DNA of 35,895 bases from Octopus bimaculoides (lineage: Eukaryota): the NCBI RefSeq assembly GCF_001194135.2, contig NC_068981.1:29282834-29318728 (forward strand), read 5' to 3'. Both the position numbers and the translations under genes were made by a program. This document shows, in pieces, positions 35,762 to 35,895 of the stretch (within the stretch, counting starts at the first letter, position 1; each line of letters starts with the position of its first letter). Under the pieces are notes generated by a model, which was given only the letters and a program-made list of their open reading frames with translations, searched no databases and had not been told where the DNA came from.

Positions 35762-35895
35762 TACAAAATGGCTGATATTTAGCAAGGTGAGACACACATA
35801 AGAAGGAAGGAAACAAAGGACCACTGATGAGGTCACAGAAGTGTGACGAAAGAACTCTGGCCGAAATAAGATTAAGATTAATGTAATATAAAGCT
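35762..35895 (+). mobile_element. Probable Penelope-like element pLTR segment running off the window end
   Basis: Begins after a (TA)-rich tract and contains a complete minimal hammerhead. Confidence 0.55.
35821..35860 (+). ncRNA. Minimal type I hammerhead ribozyme motif
   Basis: CCA-CUGAUGA-G-GUCAC-AGAAGU-GUGAC-GAAA-G-AA-CUC-UGG. All core nucleotides are intact, with a perfect 5-bp stem II, 3-bp stem I and 2-bp stem III. Predicted cleavage is after C35857. Confidence 0.75.

Overview
Eukaryotic, AT-rich, repeat-dense DNA with 11 N-gaps (about 4 kb, about 11%), most of them flanked by microsatellites. The SINE families and microsatellite load suggest a cephalopod, most likely Octopus (inference from recognition, not a search). 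No long intact ORF exists, and nearly all entries in the supplied ORF track are microsatellite or gap artefacts. The window holds about 19 copies or fragments of one tRNA-derived SINE, two further tRNA-SINE families, two CR1-like LINE fragments and the 3' end of an RLE-type LINE split by a SINE. It also holds three Tc1/mariner relics and a 299-bp fold-back element with 63-bp inverted repeats. A few candidate + strand exons suggest it may be mostly intronic. The most notable signal is a set of minimal type I hammerhead-ribozyme motifs of the kind known from Penelope-like elements: a near-perfect one at 35821-35860 (+), a core variant at 28714-28750 (-), one inside the fold-back element at 4821-4863 (+), and decayed ones at 15483 and 28160. 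No CRISPR array, rRNA or true tRNA gene is supported. Repeat boundaries are approximate, read by eye.
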